From: a virus
Lineage: Duplodnaviria; Caudoviricetes
DNA length: 52,396 nucleotides
IMG/VR virus record: IMGVR_UViG_3300028840_001414
Location: 1 to 52,396 of that record
Direction: 5' to 3' (one strand)
In this document: one piece after another, positions 17,531 to 27,460 of the stretch
Layout of the letters: each line of letters starts with the position of its first letter
Numbering within the stretch: the stretch's first letter is position 1
Translations under genes and position numbers: made by a program
The notes under the pieces: generated by a model
The model's input: the letters and a program-made list of their open reading frames with translations, nothing else
Database searches by the model: none
What the model was told of the DNA's origin: nothing

Positions 17531-17557
17531 AATTTGTTAGAAGAAGAGAGGAAGATC

Positions 17558-18580
17558 ATGGCATTACCCACGGAATTTGTGGCCGAGATGGACGAGGCAC
17601 TCGACTCGATCGACGCCGAGGAGAAAGGCAGCGAGGAAGCCAGCGAGGAAACTGGTACTGATAAAGTAGTCGAGACCAAAGAGGAAGGGGCCGGCGAAGT
17701 CAAGGATAGCGAATCCGAAGCCAAGGATAGCGATGGCGAAGTCAAGGATAGCGAGGGCGAAGCCAAGGATAGCGAGGGTGACGAGTCCGATGGCGAGAGT
17801 GACGAGTCCGAGGGTGAGGGCGACGAAGAGGATGGTGGCGACTCAAAGCCTGTCATTAGTGATTACGCGCTGGAGCAAGCCGTGCTCGCCGGTATCCCCG
17901 TCCAGGATGCGAAAGCCTTCGCTTCCGAGGAATCGCTTTTGCGCGTGGCCAAGGTCGTTCAGCAAAGGCTCCTTGATGCCGATGCGGCCGTTAATGATGC
18001 CACGAAAGACAAGCCCGAAGGCGAAGACCCGCTTGCCGATCTACTGAAGATCGATCTGTCGGAATTCGACCCCGAGACGGCTGCAATAGTGGGAAAGCTC
18101 ACGAGCGTCATTCAAAGCCAGCAGCAATCGATCGATGCGTTTCGCACCGAACAGCAAGAAATTTCCCAGGCGAATCTCGATGCCGGTGCGCGAGAGGTTG
18201 AATCGTGGTTTGACATGCAAATCAAAAATCTCGGTGAAGATTTCACCGATACCCTTGGGGAAGGTGATTACAGCAGCCTTCCCCAGGGAAGTTCGCAGCT
18301 TGCGAAACGCGATGCTATCGCGGATCAGATGGCTGTAGCATTGGCCGGCTATCAAGCTATTGGCCGGACACCGCCACCGCGAGATGAAATCTTTGCCAAG
18401 GCGGCAAAACTCGTGTTGCACGATGATTACGTGCAGCTTCGTGAAAAGGGGCTGGCTAAGAAGCTGGCTAAACGAGGTAAGCAGCATACTCAACGTGCTG
18501 CCGGGCAGAAAATTAAGAACAATATGTCCCCGGAGGAAGAGGCCGCTGCTGCGGTTGATGCGAAATACGGCACGCCATAA
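17558..18580 (+). CDS. Capsid scaffolding protein
   Basis: Very acidic low-complexity N-terminus, coiled coil, directly upstream of the capsid gene. Confidence 0.75.
   Translation: MALPTEFVAEMDEALDSIDAEEKGSEEASEETGTDKVVETKEEGAGEVKDSESEAKDSDGEVKDSEGEAKDSEGDESDGESDESEGEGDEEDGGDSKPVISDYALEQAVLAGIPVQDAKAFASEESLLRVAKVVQQRLLDADAAVNDATKDKPEGEDPLADLLKIDLSEFDPETAAIVGKLTSVIQSQQQSIDAFRTEQQEISQANLDAGAREVESWFDMQIKNLGEDFTDTLGEGDYSSLPQGSSQLAKRDAIADQMAVALAGYQAIGRTPPPRDEIFAKAAKLVLHDDYVQLREKGLAKKLAKRGKQHTQRAAGQKIKNNMSPEEEAAAAVDAKYGTP
17696..17779 (+). repeat. 21-nt coding tandem repeat x4 (E[V/A]KDS[E/D][S/G])
   Basis: GAAG(T/C)CAAGGATAGCGA units. Confidence 0.9.
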
Positions 18581-18627
18581 GGGCGCGGCTGCTACCAGTT
18601 CGGGGGCGAACAAGGGGCGAACGATAA

Positions 18628-19662
18628 ATGGGGATTCCTTTTTCAGACATTGACGATGCTGTTGCGCTGACTCAAGAGAAGCTGGTGAAGCGGGGTTCTT
18701 TTCTCGATCTGCAAACCGACCTGACTGACCACGTTGCAGTTAGGGAGATGTGGAAGGGCCGAAAGAAGAAGTTCGAGGGTGGTAATGATTGGCGCTTTGA
18801 CGCGCAGATTGACCACAACCATTCGGCTCGTGCTGTTGGACTCTACGAGACTGATGGTTCGGCCATTATCGATACAACGATTTCGATGAAGGTTGGGCCG
18901 CGACACGTCAACGCTCATTACACTTACGACAAGCACGAGCCCGCCTTCCAGCGGGGCGGCCTGGCGATCGCTGATTACGTCAAGACCAAGTACGTCGCGA
19001 TGATGGTCTCGTTTTACGAGTACCTTGAAACGATCTTGTGGAGCAAGCCAACCGATTCCAGCGACGAGAAAACTCCGTTCGGAATTGCGTACTGGGTTAC
19101 GAAGGCCGCGAGCGAGGGCTTCAATGGCCTCGATCCGTCCGGCTTCTCTGACGGTCGTGCCGGTAAGTCTTCGACCACTTATCCCCGATGGGCAAATTAC
19201 GGATCGCCTTACGTAGCGGTGTCGAAGGAAGACCTAGTTCGCAGAATGCGGCGCGGCCACCGCAGGACGCAGTTCCGTTCGCCTGTGTCGCACGCGCAGC
19301 CGGACTTGAGCGGCATGAAGAACGGAATCTATACAAATGATTCCGTAATCGGCATCATGGAAGAGCTTCTCGAAGCTCAGAACATGAATCTCGGCAACGA
19401 CCTGGCCAGTAAGGACGGGCGTACCCTCTTCAAGGGTACTCCGGTTACGTACGCGCCGAAGCTCGATAGTGATTCCTCGAATCCGATTTACACGCTTGAC
19501 TGGAAGTGGCTTGCAATCGGCGTGCTGGCTGGTTGGGAAAACAACCTGACTAAGCCGTACATGGTGCCGAACAAGCACTTGGTTAGTCGTGTTGATTTGG
19601 ACGCAACCTTGCAAATGATTTGCACGAACCTGCGAAAGCAGGCCGTGTATCACATCGCGTAG
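18628..19662 (+). CDS. Major capsid protein
   Basis: 344 aa after the scaffold; P22-coat-like features (KTPFGIAYW, TLFKGTPV, MICTNLRKQ). Confidence 0.85.
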   Translation: MGIPFSDIDDAVALTQEKLVKRGSFLDLQTDLTDHVAVREMWKGRKKKFEGGNDWRFDAQIDHNHSARAVGLYETDGSAIIDTTISMKVGPRHVNAHYTYDKHEPAFQRGGLAIADYVKTKYVAMMVSFYEYLETILWSKPTDSSDEKTPFGIAYWVTKAASEGFNGLDPSGFSDGRAGKSSTTYPRWANYGSPYVAVSKEDLVRRMRRGHRRTQFRSPVSHAQPDLSGMKNGIYTNDSVIGIMEELLEAQNMNLGNDLASKDGRTLFKGTPVTYAPKLDSDSSNPIYTLDWKWLAIGVLAGWENNLTKPYMVPNKHLVSRVDLDATLQMICTNLRKQAVYHIA

Positions 19663-19723
19663 TAGCCGCTGTTGGCTGGCGTTAGTTCATTTTCATAAAC
19701 GAGACGAAACGAGGTAAACATAA

Positions 19724-20542
19724 ATGGATCAGTCAATCAATGGCCATATCAAACAGGGCCGCGTTTTTAAGGAAGTCGTATGGTTTGAGGGTGACACCGC
19801 ATTGCTCGAAGGCCAGGCGGTTTGCTACAATTACGACTACGGCACCGCGAGCGCTGCGGACGCCCGGCGATTTAACCGCGTCGAGGTTCCGTCTACTACG
19901 AACGCTCAGCATTTCGCGGGCGTCTGTGCCTGTGCGTATGCCGCCAATACGGGCGGGCAGTTGATCGAAATTTACAAGCCGGGTTCGATCTGCAATATCC
20001 TGTCACGGGCTAGCACGACTCTGGGCGTTGGCCGGCTGACGTTCGAGATTACCGCCACCGTGGCAACGAACGGCTCCTTTAAGTTCGAGGGCCTTGAGGG
20101 TGAGGGTTCCTGTATTCCGATGCAGACCGTGGATCGGTCTTCGGATGCTGGCCTGTGCCTGGCGAAGCTCGATCCTCCGGGCCGTCCGTCCGGCGGTTTC
20201 GAGCAGGTTCAGCTTGTTGATAATAGCGCATTTGTTGCGATGGTTGGTGGGACGACTGGCATCATCGGCGCCACGCTGACGAATGGCGATGCCACCGAAA
20301 CCCTTGAGGATGGTGCTATTGCCGGGCTGCGAAAGAAGTTCGTCTGCATTACCACGGAGATTGCCACGAACGATGCGGTCATTACGGTCAGTACCGGCCG
20401 CACACACGCTTTGGCTGACAACGACCTGGCGACCGTTACGTTTGCCGGGGCCTCTACGTGCCTGGGCGCTCAAGTGACCCTTGAGTGGGATAAGGCGTGG
20501 ATCGTGACTTCGCTATCCAAGACTATGCCGGCGCTTGCGTAG
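19724..20542 (+). CDS. Putative capsid decoration/cement protein
   Basis: Follows the capsid gene; beta-rich (FAGVCA..GGQLIEI); followed by a terminator. Confidence 0.55.
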   Translation: MDQSINGHIKQGRVFKEVVWFEGDTALLEGQAVCYNYDYGTASAADARRFNRVEVPSTTNAQHFAGVCACAYAANTGGQLIEIYKPGSICNILSRASTTLGVGRLTFEITATVATNGSFKFEGLEGEGSCIPMQTVDRSSDAGLCLAKLDPPGRPSGGFEQVQLVDNSAFVAMVGGTTGIIGATLTNGDATETLEDGAIAGLRKKFVCITTEIATNDAVITVSTGRTHALADNDLATVTFAGASTCLGAQVTLEWDKAWIVTSLSKTMPALA

Positions 20543-20567
20543 TCAACCGCCGTCGAGGCGGATCAAT

Positions 20568-20613
20568 GGCTGCGGCCAGGATGCTCTCTTCTCCTGGTCG
20601 CAGTCTTTACTTT
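20568..20613 (+). terminator. Rho-independent terminator after the head genes
   Basis: GGCTGCGGCCAGGA/TCCTGGTCGCAGTC stem followed by TTTACTTT. Confidence 0.75.
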
Positions 20614-20632
20614 CTATTACGGGATTGACAGT

Positions 20633-21616
20633 ATGGCCGAGAGTGGTCTTTCGATTGGCTTCCCTGAGCTTCAGGCTGAAGTCGGATTCTTTGTTGGCTA
20701 CGGTCGTTCCGGTTGGTCATCGGCGCAGGAATCGGAGATTGATGGGCTCGTTCAGTCTGGCGTTCGGCTAGTCTATTATCCGCCGGCTTGCGATGCGCTT
20801 GCTAAGCTCGGTCTCATTGGTTACGAATGGACCTGGCTACGACCGACGAAATCGCTTAGCGTGTCTGCCGCTTACAGTACCGGCACCGTTGCGATCGCTA
20901 GCGGCGTTGTTACCTTGACGGGTGGTACATTTCCGTCGTGGGCAGAGGATGGCGAACTATCTGTGGACGGTTCGGTTTATTCGGTGGCTAGCCGTGACGG
21001 CGATACACAAATCACACTCGACGATACTAACGTCGATGTAGATTCGGGTACTTCGTACAGTCTCGGTCGTCCGGACTATGATTTGCCGGATGACTTTGGC
21101 CGGCTGGTTGGCGACATTCATTTTCCGAAAGACCAGAACCGCGCCTCCATTAAGGTTGTGGCCGTTAGTCAGTTGCTTGCGATGCGCGCAACAAACGAAC
21201 TGGCCAGTACGCCGCGATGGGCCGCCACTCGCTATAAGTCTTCGACGGGGGCCAGCGGGCAGCGCCAGGAGATTCTTTTCTATCCTACGCCGGATACGGC
21301 CTGGGACTTATTGTATGAGTACGATGCGTACAGCGGCGCGCTGAGTGATTCGTACCCGTACCCGCTTGGCGGAATGCAGTATTCCGAGTTGTATATTGAG
21401 TCGTGTCTTGCGGTCGCGGAGAGGCGAATCAATGGTATGCCGGGAGAGCATAACGACCAGTACGAGCGCTTGCTCGTGGACGCGATCCACCGCGACAAGA
21501 AACATGGCGCCCAATACTACGGACCTATGGGGCACAAGGAAGAGACGACACAGGAGTTTCGTCGGGGATTGACCGGGGGTACATATCCCATCACGTACAA
21601 AGGTGCGAGTATTTAA
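20633..21616 (+). CDS. Putative head-tail adaptor protein
   Basis: YDLPDDF, ILFYPTPD and W.WL motifs typical of podovirus adaptors; inserted beta domain. Confidence 0.65.
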   Translation: MAESGLSIGFPELQAEVGFFVGYGRSGWSSAQESEIDGLVQSGVRLVYYPPACDALAKLGLIGYEWTWLRPTKSLSVSAAYSTGTVAIASGVVTLTGGTFPSWAEDGELSVDGSVYSVASRDGDTQITLDDTNVDVDSGTSYSLGRPDYDLPDDFGRLVGDIHFPKDQNRASIKVVAVSQLLAMRATNELASTPRWAATRYKSSTGASGQRQEILFYPTPDTAWDLLYEYDAYSGALSDSYPYPLGGMQYSELYIESCLAVAERRINGMPGEHNDQYERLLVDAIHRDKKHGAQYYGPMGHKEETTQEFRRGLTGGTYPITYKGASI

Positions 21617-21643
21617 TAGACTCAACCGCGAAAGGGGCCTTGA

Positions 21644-21931
21644 ATGGCTAAGGGGAATTTTACCGGTACTGCTTCCAGTGCCGAATTACTTGCTGCGGAC
21701 GAATACCGAGATCAGATTGTAATTCAAAAGACGAACGCAACAGCCGTTGCGCTCGGTTTCGGCGAGGCTGCCGTAGCTGGCAAGGGCATTCAGCTTATCG
21801 AGATCGGTGACGCCGCTATCATTCGCGGCGCCGAAGCGCGAATGCAAATTAACGTCATTGGTAACGGCGGAACCGGCACGTACCAGACAGGTGATATTGA
21901 CGTGCGCAACGGGCCGAACCCGTCACCTTAA
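21644..21931 (+). CDS. Small putative virion protein
   Basis: Beta-rich; in the structural operon. Confidence 0.65.
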   Translation: MAKGNFTGTASSAELLAADEYRDQIVIQKTNATAVALGFGEAAVAGKGIQLIEIGDAAIIRGAEARMQINVIGNGGTGTYQTGDIDVRNGPNPSP

Positions 21932-21948
21932 CACAGGGGAGTGCTTTA

Positions 21949-22206
21949 ATGGGGAAGTATCCGCCAGGAATGTCGGAAGCTGAAAAGCTCAGGTTATCGC
22001 AAGCGCGATTGAAGAAGGAGCGCGAGGCGGCGAAAAGCAAGGGGAAGCCGACGCTGAGTGAATGGGAGAAGAAGCGGGCCGCAGAAAGGAAGGCGGCTGA
22101 AAAAAAGCGTGAGGGGGCTATGAAGCTCGCGCCAAAGGGGGTGCAGTCCGGTAGAAACGCGCTGATTGAAGCGATGACCGGCAAGAACAAGAACAAGAGG
22201 AAGTAG
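21949..22206 (+). CDS. Small, very basic protein
   Basis: Lys/Arg-rich; AGGGGAG RBS. Confidence 0.65.
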   Translation: MGKYPPGMSEAEKLRLSQARLKKEREAAKSKGKPTLSEWEKKRAAERKAAEKKREGAMKLAPKGVQSGRNALIEAMTGKNKNKRK

Positions 22207-22272
22207 GGAGAGAGACCAACTGCTGGGTTCAAGCACCAGTTACAACTATCACATTTTTCAGGGGGGCGTTCG

Positions 22273-24612
22273 ATGATTGATCGGGTTTGTAGTTTACTGA
22301 AGATGCAGAAACCGGAAATGAACCGGGGCTATCTGTTTGCCAGCGGCGCGACCGTTCCCTCTGATGGGACGGACGGCTACCAGACCGGCTGTATTTTTCA
22401 GCATACGGACGGTGGCGCTGGCACCGCGCTTTACTTGAATGAGGGCTCTATTACGTCGTGTGATTTCAACCGGATTGAAAGTCCCGGCGGAAGTCTGACG
22501 ATCGCCGACTTACAGGACGTGGCCGACGCTTTCTCGACTCGACTCCTTGAGACCGGAACCTATTCGAGTTCGGCCTCGAAGGGTGTCACGCTCAGTTCCA
22601 CGAATACCCGGCCCTTCTCGCTATTGTACGACGATGCGGGTGTGGCGCTCAGCAATGCCGGCGTGGTTCGCGGTATGCTGTCTCGCGTCCTGCTGACCGT
22701 AGACGTGGCTGGCTCGACGATCCTCCCGGCGCGCGGGCAACTAAAAATGCTGGACGGCGTTGATGTTGAGACCGGCATTTACGCCCCGGTTCAGGGCTAT
22801 ATCGAAATGGCAGGCACGCACATTTCTAAGAGTGGGGCAACGCTCTCGTGCTTGTCGGCGAGTATGGAGATTACGACCAAGCTGACGGTTAATAGCGGCG
22901 GCGAGGCGGCTGGTCTTCATGTTGAAACCACTGGTGCCGGTACGATCACGAACAACGGTACGTGCGCCGGTATTTTGATCGACCATGCGAGCGGCGCGGC
23001 CGATTGGCCGGTAGGTCTCTTGATTACTGGGACCGATGTTTTGATTGGTGTGCAGGTTGGCTCTCAAGCCAACACTGCGGGCAGCGGCCTCGTTCTGGAC
23101 GCAACCAGTCGTACTGGTTCTGTTCGATCCTTCTGCGATGATGGCGGGGTAAATATCGCTGACAGCGTGCGTAACATTCAGGCTCGCACTCTACTCACGA
23201 CTGATGCTAGCGGCTCTACGGTTCGCTCCCTTCAGGGGCAGCTAAAACTGACCGATGGCACCGATGTTGAGACTGGCGTTTATACGGGCGTTCAGGGTTA
23301 CGTCGAGCTTATGGGAGATCATTCTTCCAAGAGCGGCGCCAAGTTTTCGTGCTTTGATGCTTCGGTTGAGATCGCGAGCACGAAGACGCTGACTATCGAT
23401 AGCGGCGGCGAGTTTGCTGGCGTTCACATCGAGACCACGGGTTCTGGTTCAATCACTAATAACGGTACGTGTGCTGGTATCCTTATCAGCAATCCCTCTG
23501 GTGCCCCGGATTGGCCGGTCGGTCTTCAGATGGTCGGGACCGATGTACTGGTTGCTGTCCAGATTGGAGCACAATCTAATACCGCAGGTAGTGGTGTTGT
23601 GCTCGACGCCACTACCCGCACCGGAGCCGTTAAGGTCTACACTGACGACGCTGGTTCAAGTGTTGCCGATAGCGTTCGCGGAATTCTGTCTCGCACGTTG
23701 CTAACGGTTGACCAAACCGGCGGTACTATCCGTGCGTCTCAAGGTCAATTGAAGATGCTCGACTTGGTTGACTTGACCAGTGGAGTGTATTGCGGTCTTC
23801 AGGGTTACGTCGAGATGGCCGGCACGCATATTGCGAAGACTGGCTCTAAATTTTCGTGTGTCGATGCTTCGATGGAGATTGGTACTGCCCTTACTATCGA
23901 CAGTGGCGGCTTGGCTTGTGGTATTCACGTTGAAACCACTGGCTCTGGCACGATCACTAACAACGGCACCTGTGCTGGTATCGTTGTTGACAAGGGCGGG
24001 TCGGCTGATTGGCCGTTTGGTTTGATTCTGAACGACTGTGCCAGGTTGATGACTGGTGCAGCCGCGCTCTCGGGTTCGACTGCATGGAATGCAATTGAGA
24101 TTACCACGACTTCGACGCAGACGCATTCGAGCGGTTATCAGCGGTCGATTTACTGTAATCACACTCACCAGACAAACGCCGCAACTGGTTCGTCTGAGAT
24201 CAACGTGATTGCTGCTGATTTGCAGTGTACGGCAAATGTCGGCCAGGCGGCGTATTGCTTCACTGCGTATACTGGCTCGATGGCTGGGGCAACGATCAAT
24301 CGTGTTGCTCATTACGCTGGCTATCTGGATGCGATTACCGGCACCGTGAACGCTTCGAGTGTTGCATTCTTCGAGACAAACGGTGGTGCGACGTATAACA
24401 GCTTCATCGCCCTGCGCCGGCACGCCGGAACGATTCATGCGATTATCAGCGATAAGTCTGGTGGCATTACCGCAACCAACCTGTTCGAGTTTGAGGTTGC
24501 CGGCGGGCCAGCAACGCTTGCCGCCGGAACGTACTCGACCGCCGAAGGGTACATGACAATTAAGGTTGCGGGCTCAACTTATCGAATGCCGTTCTACAGC
24601 GGCACGGATTAG
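22273..24612 (+). CDS. Fibre/spike-like virion protein with three ~168-aa repeats
   Basis: Repeated GQLK..D...G.Y..QGY.EM.G.H..K.G...TITNNGTCAGI...DWP.GL. Confidence 0.75.
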   Translation: MIDRVCSLLKMQKPEMNRGYLFASGATVPSDGTDGYQTGCIFQHTDGGAGTALYLNEGSITSCDFNRIESPGGSLTIADLQDVADAFSTRLLETGTYSSSASKGVTLSSTNTRPFSLLYDDAGVALSNAGVVRGMLSRVLLTVDVAGSTILPARGQLKMLDGVDVETGIYAPVQGYIEMAGTHISKSGATLSCLSASMEITTKLTVNSGGEAAGLHVETTGAGTITNNGTCAGILIDHASGAADWPVGLLITGTDVLIGVQVGSQANTAGSGLVLDATSRTGSVRSFCDDGGVNIADSVRNIQARTLLTTDASGSTVRSLQGQLKLTDGTDVETGVYTGVQGYVELMGDHSSKSGAKFSCFDASVEIASTKTLTIDSGGEFAGVHIETTGSGSITNNGTCAGILISNPSGAPDWPVGLQMVGTDVLVAVQIGAQSNTAGSGVVLDATTRTGAVKVYTDDAGSSVADSVRGILSRTLLTVDQTGGTIRASQGQLKMLDLVDLTSGVYCGLQGYVEMAGTHIAKTGSKFSCVDASMEIGTALTIDSGGLACGIHVETTGSGTITNNGTCAGIVVDKGGSADWPFGLILNDCARLMTGAAALSGSTAWNAIEITTTSTQTHSSGYQRSIYCNHTHQTNAATGSSEINVIAADLQCTANVGQAAYCFTAYTGSMAGATINRVAHYAGYLDAITGTVNASSVAFFETNGGATYNSFIALRRHAGTIHAIISDKSGGITATNLFEFEVAGGPATLAAGTYSTAEGYMTIKVAGSTYRMPFYSGTD

Positions 24613-24630
24613 TGCTTGCTGATGCTTGTT

Positions 24631-24692
24631 TTCCCCGCCTCCTATGGGGCACGCCGCTTAGCGGTTCCCCTTGGATGTGCGGGGGATTTTTT
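24631..24692 (+). terminator. Long hairpin followed by T6
   Basis: TTCCCCGC...GCGGGGGA then TTTTTT. Confidence 0.55.
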
Positions 24693-24724
24693 CCTGTTTC
24701 CTTTTCAAGAAGAGAGGTACTATT

Positions 24725-25117
24725 ATGCTGCTTGGTCAAGTGTTTCAGTCGATGCCTGCGTGGCGTAAGTTGTCCGCCGTCAATATGAAGCCGGCCGTCG
24801 CGTACAAGATTCTCAAGTACACAAAGCTGGTTGACGCGGAGTACGAGATTGCCGACAAACAGCGCGTGGCGTTGATCCACGAGGTTACTGAGACCAAGGA
24901 GGGCGATCAGGTGTCAATCAAGCCTGGTGACCCTGTAATGACGGAGTACGTTGAAAGATTCAACGAAGTTATGTCGCAAGAGATTGAGCTTCCCAAGATT
25001 GATCTCGACTTCGGCGAAGTGATCGACGCGCTCGACGGCAAGGACGACGTTCTTTCGATTGCTGACCTTGCCATTCTGGAGCCGTTCTTTCAGTCGGGCA
25101 GCAGCGAAGGTGAGTAG
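24725..25117 (+). CDS. Hypothetical protein, possible fibre assembly chaperone
   Basis: Helical and acidic, directly after the fibre gene; AGAGG RBS. Confidence 0.6.
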   Translation: MLLGQVFQSMPAWRKLSAVNMKPAVAYKILKYTKLVDAEYEIADKQRVALIHEVTETKEGDQVSIKPGDPVMTEYVERFNEVMSQEIELPKIDLDFGEVIDALDGKDDVLSIADLAILEPFFQSGSSEGE

Positions 25118-25120
25118 TCG

Positions 25121-27460
25121 ATGGCGAAGAAGCGCGAACTGCACGTACCGTTTCCGCTTGCTGGACTGAACCGTAGCGGCGCTTACCGACAGCAGCCGCC
25201 GTATTCTTCGCCCGATATGCTGAATGTTCGCGGCGCCGCCGCGCTCGAAAGACGCGAGCGCGGCGGTAGCCGGCCAGGGCTTGTGTATTCGCACGATGAT
25301 GATATTGGATCGAACGTGCGAATGCTCACTACAATGACGCTGGCGCTGGGTGATAGCTTTACGATTTGGTCTGACACGTTCGGCGGCTCGTCTCTTGCGT
25401 CCGCCTGGACGCAAGCCCCATGGGCCAGCGCTGTCCCTAGCGTGCTTCCGTCATCACTCGTATCCGTGGATTACACCACTTCCGAGGGCGAGGTTGTTGC
25501 GGATGCGCTGACCATTGATACGTCGCAGCCGTACACTGTAGAAATGTTCCTGGCCCCGTGGGCCGGCGCGTGGCATGGTGCGTATCGCTTGTATTTGAGG
25601 CTCGACGATACCACACCGGCCTACGCGACCGATGGCGTGTTCATTGAGCTAGTGGCAACGGGCTCGACTGGCGCCTACACGGCTTCACTGAAGTCGTATA
25701 CCGGCTCTGCCGAAACGGTGGTGGCTACTGCCGATAGCACGCTCAGTGTCGTGTACCCCGGCTGGTTATCTGCCACTGTTAGCGGCACCACGGTTACGGT
25801 GTACTGGTGTGGCACGCAGATTCTCACTGGCACCGTGGATGCGCATGCAGGCACTCGCGTCGGCTTCGGGATGAACTGCACGGTGGCCGCTGGTCTCTGT
25901 TTATGCAATGTGTTCCGTGTGCAGTATTACTCAACCGGCAGTGTACCCGCGCTGCGGACACAGTTGATCGCGTCGGCCGGTGGCGATCTCTACAAGGAGG
26001 GGCCATACGGCCAGCTTTCCGTTATATCGTCAAACCTCACTGTTCGCAGCGATGTGCCGCTCATGGCGGCGCAGAGCGGGCAGAAGCTATACATTGCTGA
26101 TTATGGCGATCTGCGTGACACTGGCACGGACGGTACGGTGTCGGGGAGCGACCTGGATGATGGGGGCGGGCAGGATTGGACGACGCTGGGGATCGATACC
26201 GATTCTGATGTTTGTGTAATCTCAAATGTAGGAGGAGACACTGTTGCTGGAACTTACGGGATTGCCTCAGTTGCCGTCGGAGCACTCACGCTGTCTTCGG
26301 CGCCTGGCGATGGAACCTGTTCGTATCGCATTGAACGAGCGCCGAAAGTGTATGACCCATCGACAGATACTATCGCTATCCATAGCGCCACCGCCGGAAA
26401 AGGCCAGGTGCCTACGGGTTGCCCATTAGTCTCCCGATGTTTTGGGCGAATCTTCTACTCCGGGGCTGAGATTGCACCGCACGCCTGGTACGCGAGTCGC
26501 CAGAATGACGAAGACGACTTCGATTACTCGCAGACCGATTCTCAGCGGGCAATCGCCGGTACGGCCAGTGATACCGGCGTTCCCGGCGATCCGATTATTG
26601 CGCAGATTACACACAGCGATGACTACCTGATTTTCGGATGCCGTGATTCGCTGTGGAGGATGGCCGGCGACCCGGCCTTTGGCGGTGCGCTCGACGCGAT
26701 AAGTCGCACCGTGGGAATCATCGGCCAGAACGCTTGGTGTATGGGGCCTACTGGCGAGCTAATTCTTTTGTCGCTGAATGGTCTGTATGCGATCGCGCCT
26801 GGTGGCAATTCCTACCCGATTCCGCTGTCGGAGGAACCGCTGCCGACTGAACTTCGGAACATTGATCCAAATACATATGCGATCTCGCTGGAGTACGATG
26901 TACCGGATCGTGGTGTTCATATTTACCTGACGCCCGAATCATCGAATACGCGCATTCATTTCTGGTTTGACTGGGATAGCAAGACGTTTTGGCCGCTAAC
27001 GCTCACGGCGAACCATGAGCCTACGGCTACCTGCGCGATGCAGGGTACGGCGATCGAGGATTCTGGCGTTATTCTCGGCTGCCGCGATGGCCGACTCAGG
27101 CGATTCAGTAACCTTGCCGGCAATGATTGTGGCACGGCGTTTTCGTCGTATGTGGTTATTGGCCCGATTCCGCTAGCAAAGGATTCGTATGTCGGGTCCG
27201 TCGTGTCGATGGAAGCCGTTTTAGCAGAGAATAGCGGCAACGTGACGTGGACGCTGCACCCGGCATTAACGTATGAGCTAGCGGTTAGCGCGTCGGCTTC
27301 TGACACGGGTACTTGGGTTGCGGGGCTGAACGACACGAACCATCCGGCGTGCCGTGGCCAGGCGTGTACGTTGAAACTTACTGGTGCGTCTCATACGCGA
27401 TGGGCGTATGAACATACATTGATTACTACAAAAGAAGCTGGCAGAAGGCGGAAGCAGTAG
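25121..27460 (+). CDS. Podovirus tail hub/nozzle protein (P22 gp10 / T7 gp12-like beta-propeller)
   Basis: N-terminal PFPLAGLN..NVR..RPG; GRIFY; LIFGCRDSLWR..G; 779 aa. Confidence 0.7.
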   Translation: MAKKRELHVPFPLAGLNRSGAYRQQPPYSSPDMLNVRGAAALERRERGGSRPGLVYSHDDDIGSNVRMLTTMTLALGDSFTIWSDTFGGSSLASAWTQAPWASAVPSVLPSSLVSVDYTTSEGEVVADALTIDTSQPYTVEMFLAPWAGAWHGAYRLYLRLDDTTPAYATDGVFIELVATGSTGAYTASLKSYTGSAETVVATADSTLSVVYPGWLSATVSGTTVTVYWCGTQILTGTVDAHAGTRVGFGMNCTVAAGLCLCNVFRVQYYSTGSVPALRTQLIASAGGDLYKEGPYGQLSVISSNLTVRSDVPLMAAQSGQKLYIADYGDLRDTGTDGTVSGSDLDDGGGQDWTTLGIDTDSDVCVISNVGGDTVAGTYGIASVAVGALTLSSAPGDGTCSYRIERAPKVYDPSTDTIAIHSATAGKGQVPTGCPLVSRCFGRIFYSGAEIAPHAWYASRQNDEDDFDYSQTDSQRAIAGTASDTGVPGDPIIAQITHSDDYLIFGCRDSLWRMAGDPAFGGALDAISRTVGIIGQNAWCMGPTGELILLSLNGLYAIAPGGNSYPIPLSEEPLPTELRNIDPNTYAISLEYDVPDRGVHIYLTPESSNTRIHFWFDWDSKTFWPLTLTANHEPTATCAMQGTAIEDSGVILGCRDGRLRRFSNLAGNDCGTAFSSYVVIGPIPLAKDSYVGSVVSMEAVLAENSGNVTWTLHPALTYELAVSASASDTGTWVAGLNDTNHPACRGQACTLKLTGASHTRWAYEHTLITTKEAGRRRKQ

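Noticed and set aside
22222-22241. T-arm-like CTGGGTTCAAGCACCAG
   Set aside because: Imperfect stem with no acceptor or D arm nearby
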